NCBI GenBank assembly: GCA_963813075.1
Contig: CAWEXU010000017.1
Coordinates: 64,001 to 128,000, forward strand
Source: Methanotrichaceae archaeon
Lineage (GTDB): Archaea > Halobacteriota > Methanosarcinia > Methanotrichales > Methanotrichaceae
DNA: 64,000 nucleotides
Direction of reading: 5' to 3'
In this document: positions 61,988 through 64,000 of the stretch, piece by piece
How positions within the stretch are numbered: position 1 is the stretch's first letter
Layout of the letters: the number at the start of each line of letters is the position of its first letter
Position numbers and translations under genes: made by a program
Notes under the pieces: generated by a model
What the model saw: only the letters and a program-made list of their open reading frames with translations
Databases searched by the model: none
What the model was told of the DNA's origin: nothing

Positions 61988-63838
61988 CAGCTCTTTGTAA
62001 GCCCTGAGGACCTCCCCCACTGACCAGGCCTGGGAGATGCATCCACCAGGATTTTGGGGCAGGTCGCCGTCGAAGACCTCGGGAATGGTCCCCATGCTGG
62101 CCGCCAGATCCAGGAGCGGCCTTAAAGCCTCCAATCCGCTCTCCAGGGTTTCCGGCAGACCGGCCGTTCACCGCCAGCAGAGCATCGATATAGGGTCCGA
62201 TGAGCCAGGGCCAGACCGTCCCCTGATGATAGCTGCCGTCCCTTTCCCTGGCCCCTCCGGCATATCGGCCGGCATAACGGGGATCGCGGGGGGAGAGGGT
62301 CCTCAGGCCGAAGGGGGTGAGAAGCTCTCGAGCCACCACTTCCAGGATGCTCCTTCTCATCACATCCGGCAGGAGGTCTGGAACTATTGCCGCGAATATT
62401 TGATTGGGGCGGATGGAGGCGTCCTCATGGTCTATCACATCAAAGAGGCAGCCATTCTCGCTGTTCCAGAATCGGAGGTAGCTTTTCTGGACCCTATCCT
62501 CAAGCTCTGGAATCTTTGGGTCCAGGGGCATATTCAGGGCCCGGGCCAGGCTCTCCACCCTTTTCAGGGCAACGTACCAGAGGGCATTTATCTCGCAGCA
62601 CTTCCCCATCCTGGGAGTGACCGGCCGGTCCTCCACTCTGGCGTCCATCCAGGTCAGAGCCGGCCCGGAGATGATCAGCCCATCCTCATCTGCGCCGAAG
62701 TCCTCCCATGATGTCGAGTATCTATCCACCACTTCCAAGAGCCTCGGCCAGAGCTCGGCCATAAACTCCCGGTCTCCTGAGGCATCGTAGTATCTTCCCG
62801 CGGCCTGAACGAACCACAAAGAGGCGTCTACGGTGTTGTAGGACCGCGCTCCGAGGTCGTTAGGCAGAACCCCATCCTTCATCGCCCGGGCAAAGGACCT
62901 CAGGACGAGCCTTGCCTCTTCCAGGCGGCCGGTGGAGAGGAGCAGGCCCGGCAGGGCGATCATGGCGTCCCGGCCCCAGTCATCAAACCAGTGGTAGCCG
63001 GCGATGAGGCTTAAAGAGCTGCCTCTCTTGACCAGGAAGCTGTCTGCTGCCAGAGCCAAACCTCGAACCGGCGCATATAGCGAATTCAGCCGATCCCTCT
63101 CAATTTCCACCTCTCGCCTCCACTGGGGCAATGAGCGCCGCCAGGTGGAGGCGATGATGGCAAACTCCGCCTCCCCGGATACATCCAGCTCAAAGTAGCC
63201 GGGAGAGAAGAGGTTCTCCTTCCAGCCCAGGCCCCGGCGGCGCTCTTCCTCGTACTCGAAGTTGTAGTAGACCCTCTCCTGGGGAATATATCGGGCCAGG
63301 TCGGAGAAGATGGAGAAACGGGTTTGAGAGAGGATTGTCGGTTCCATTGCCCCAGGCATTCTGGTGCATGGGAGGAAGGTCGGAGGCGGCATGAAAGCTG
63401 CGGTCGTGGACCAGGGGGATGATGCGCAGCAATCCCTGGTAGCCCCGGACCTTGTAGCTGATGATGGTGCTGTTCTCATTGCGGACCGGTGAGATGGTCT
63501 TCTCCAGGGTTGTTCTGCCCATCTGATAGCAGAGCCGGGGGAAGGGATCGGTCCAAAACTCCGTCAGGTGAGTGAAACCCTGGGGATAGACTGCTCCCGG
63601 ATACTGGTGATTGGCCAAACGGAATTCGCCCAGCTCCTCGTCCAGGCTTGATAGCAGCAGCCTGCGTTTCGGCTGGCGGCTCGGTGGCTGCCACCAGGAG
63701 GCCGTGATAGGCTCTGGTGTTGCTGCAGTTTGCGGTCGATGAGGCATAGCTGCCCAGGCCGTTGGCCACCAGCCACTCCCGGGATGTTCCAAGGGAATAG
63801 TCAGCCGGGCGGAAGGGTTGGCTTATCGTTTTGGTCAT
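61979..63838 (-). CDS. Glycogen debranching enzyme (amylo-alpha-1,6-glucosidase, archaeal type), multiply frameshifted
   Basis: Motifs [46 protein letters not shown] and QAWSVGE. Confidence 0.88.
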
Positions 63839-63840
63839 TA

Positions 63841-64000
63841 GCATCACCCCCTCTGGCCAGCGAGGAGGCCACAGCTTTAAGGAGGCTCTTTCTCAGCCTC
63901 TCCCCTTTATAGCTCTGCATCCCGGCCAGTTCCTCTGCCAGGGCCCTGTCGCCCAGGCTCGTCTCCGCCCAGAGGGCGTAGTCGCCCTTGCGGTTGTGGT
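63841..64000 (-). CDS. 3' end of an upstream gene, DUF5752-like domain (possibly a GH57 amylase fusion)
   Basis: Hand translation gives 'HNRKGDYALWAETSLGDRALAEELAGM'. Adjacent to the debranching enzyme. Confidence 0.45.

Overview
Archaeal chromosomal DNA from a methanogen, most likely Methanothrix (Methanosaeta). The evidence is MC1 chromatin protein, GatD, aIF2-beta-TRAM, uL16, eS17, Rpp21, SRP19, CofC/CofE, a standalone NifB and a hemL-hemC-cobA/hemD-ahbC operon. Most of the window is housekeeping: secD, xth, thiDN, dapAB, hom, lig, hisD, hflX, larC, trkH-trkA-trkH and glycogen debranching enzyme. The one clear accessory island (~19.75-28.8 kb, minus strand) is a type I restriction-modification operon (hsdR-hsdM-hsdS). 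It continues into a translationally coupled ABC-type ATPase plus PIN-like nuclease pair, the best candidate here for an uncharacterised defence module. hsdS is split by an intact IS630-family element whose removal restores the reading frame. Other notable items are a 236-bp nested palindromic element (50.2-50.4 kb), four unannotated microproteins (three with an RBS), recurrent tandem micro-duplications at gene starts and stops, a papain protease with three DUF4114-like repeats, and a 34-aa repeat solenoid protein. About 14 genes carry frameshifts that look like sequencing errors (single-base insertions where checked), so they are called CDS rather than pseudogenes. No tRNA, rRNA or CRISPR array was seen. 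All family assignments come from recognising motifs by eye, not from database searches.
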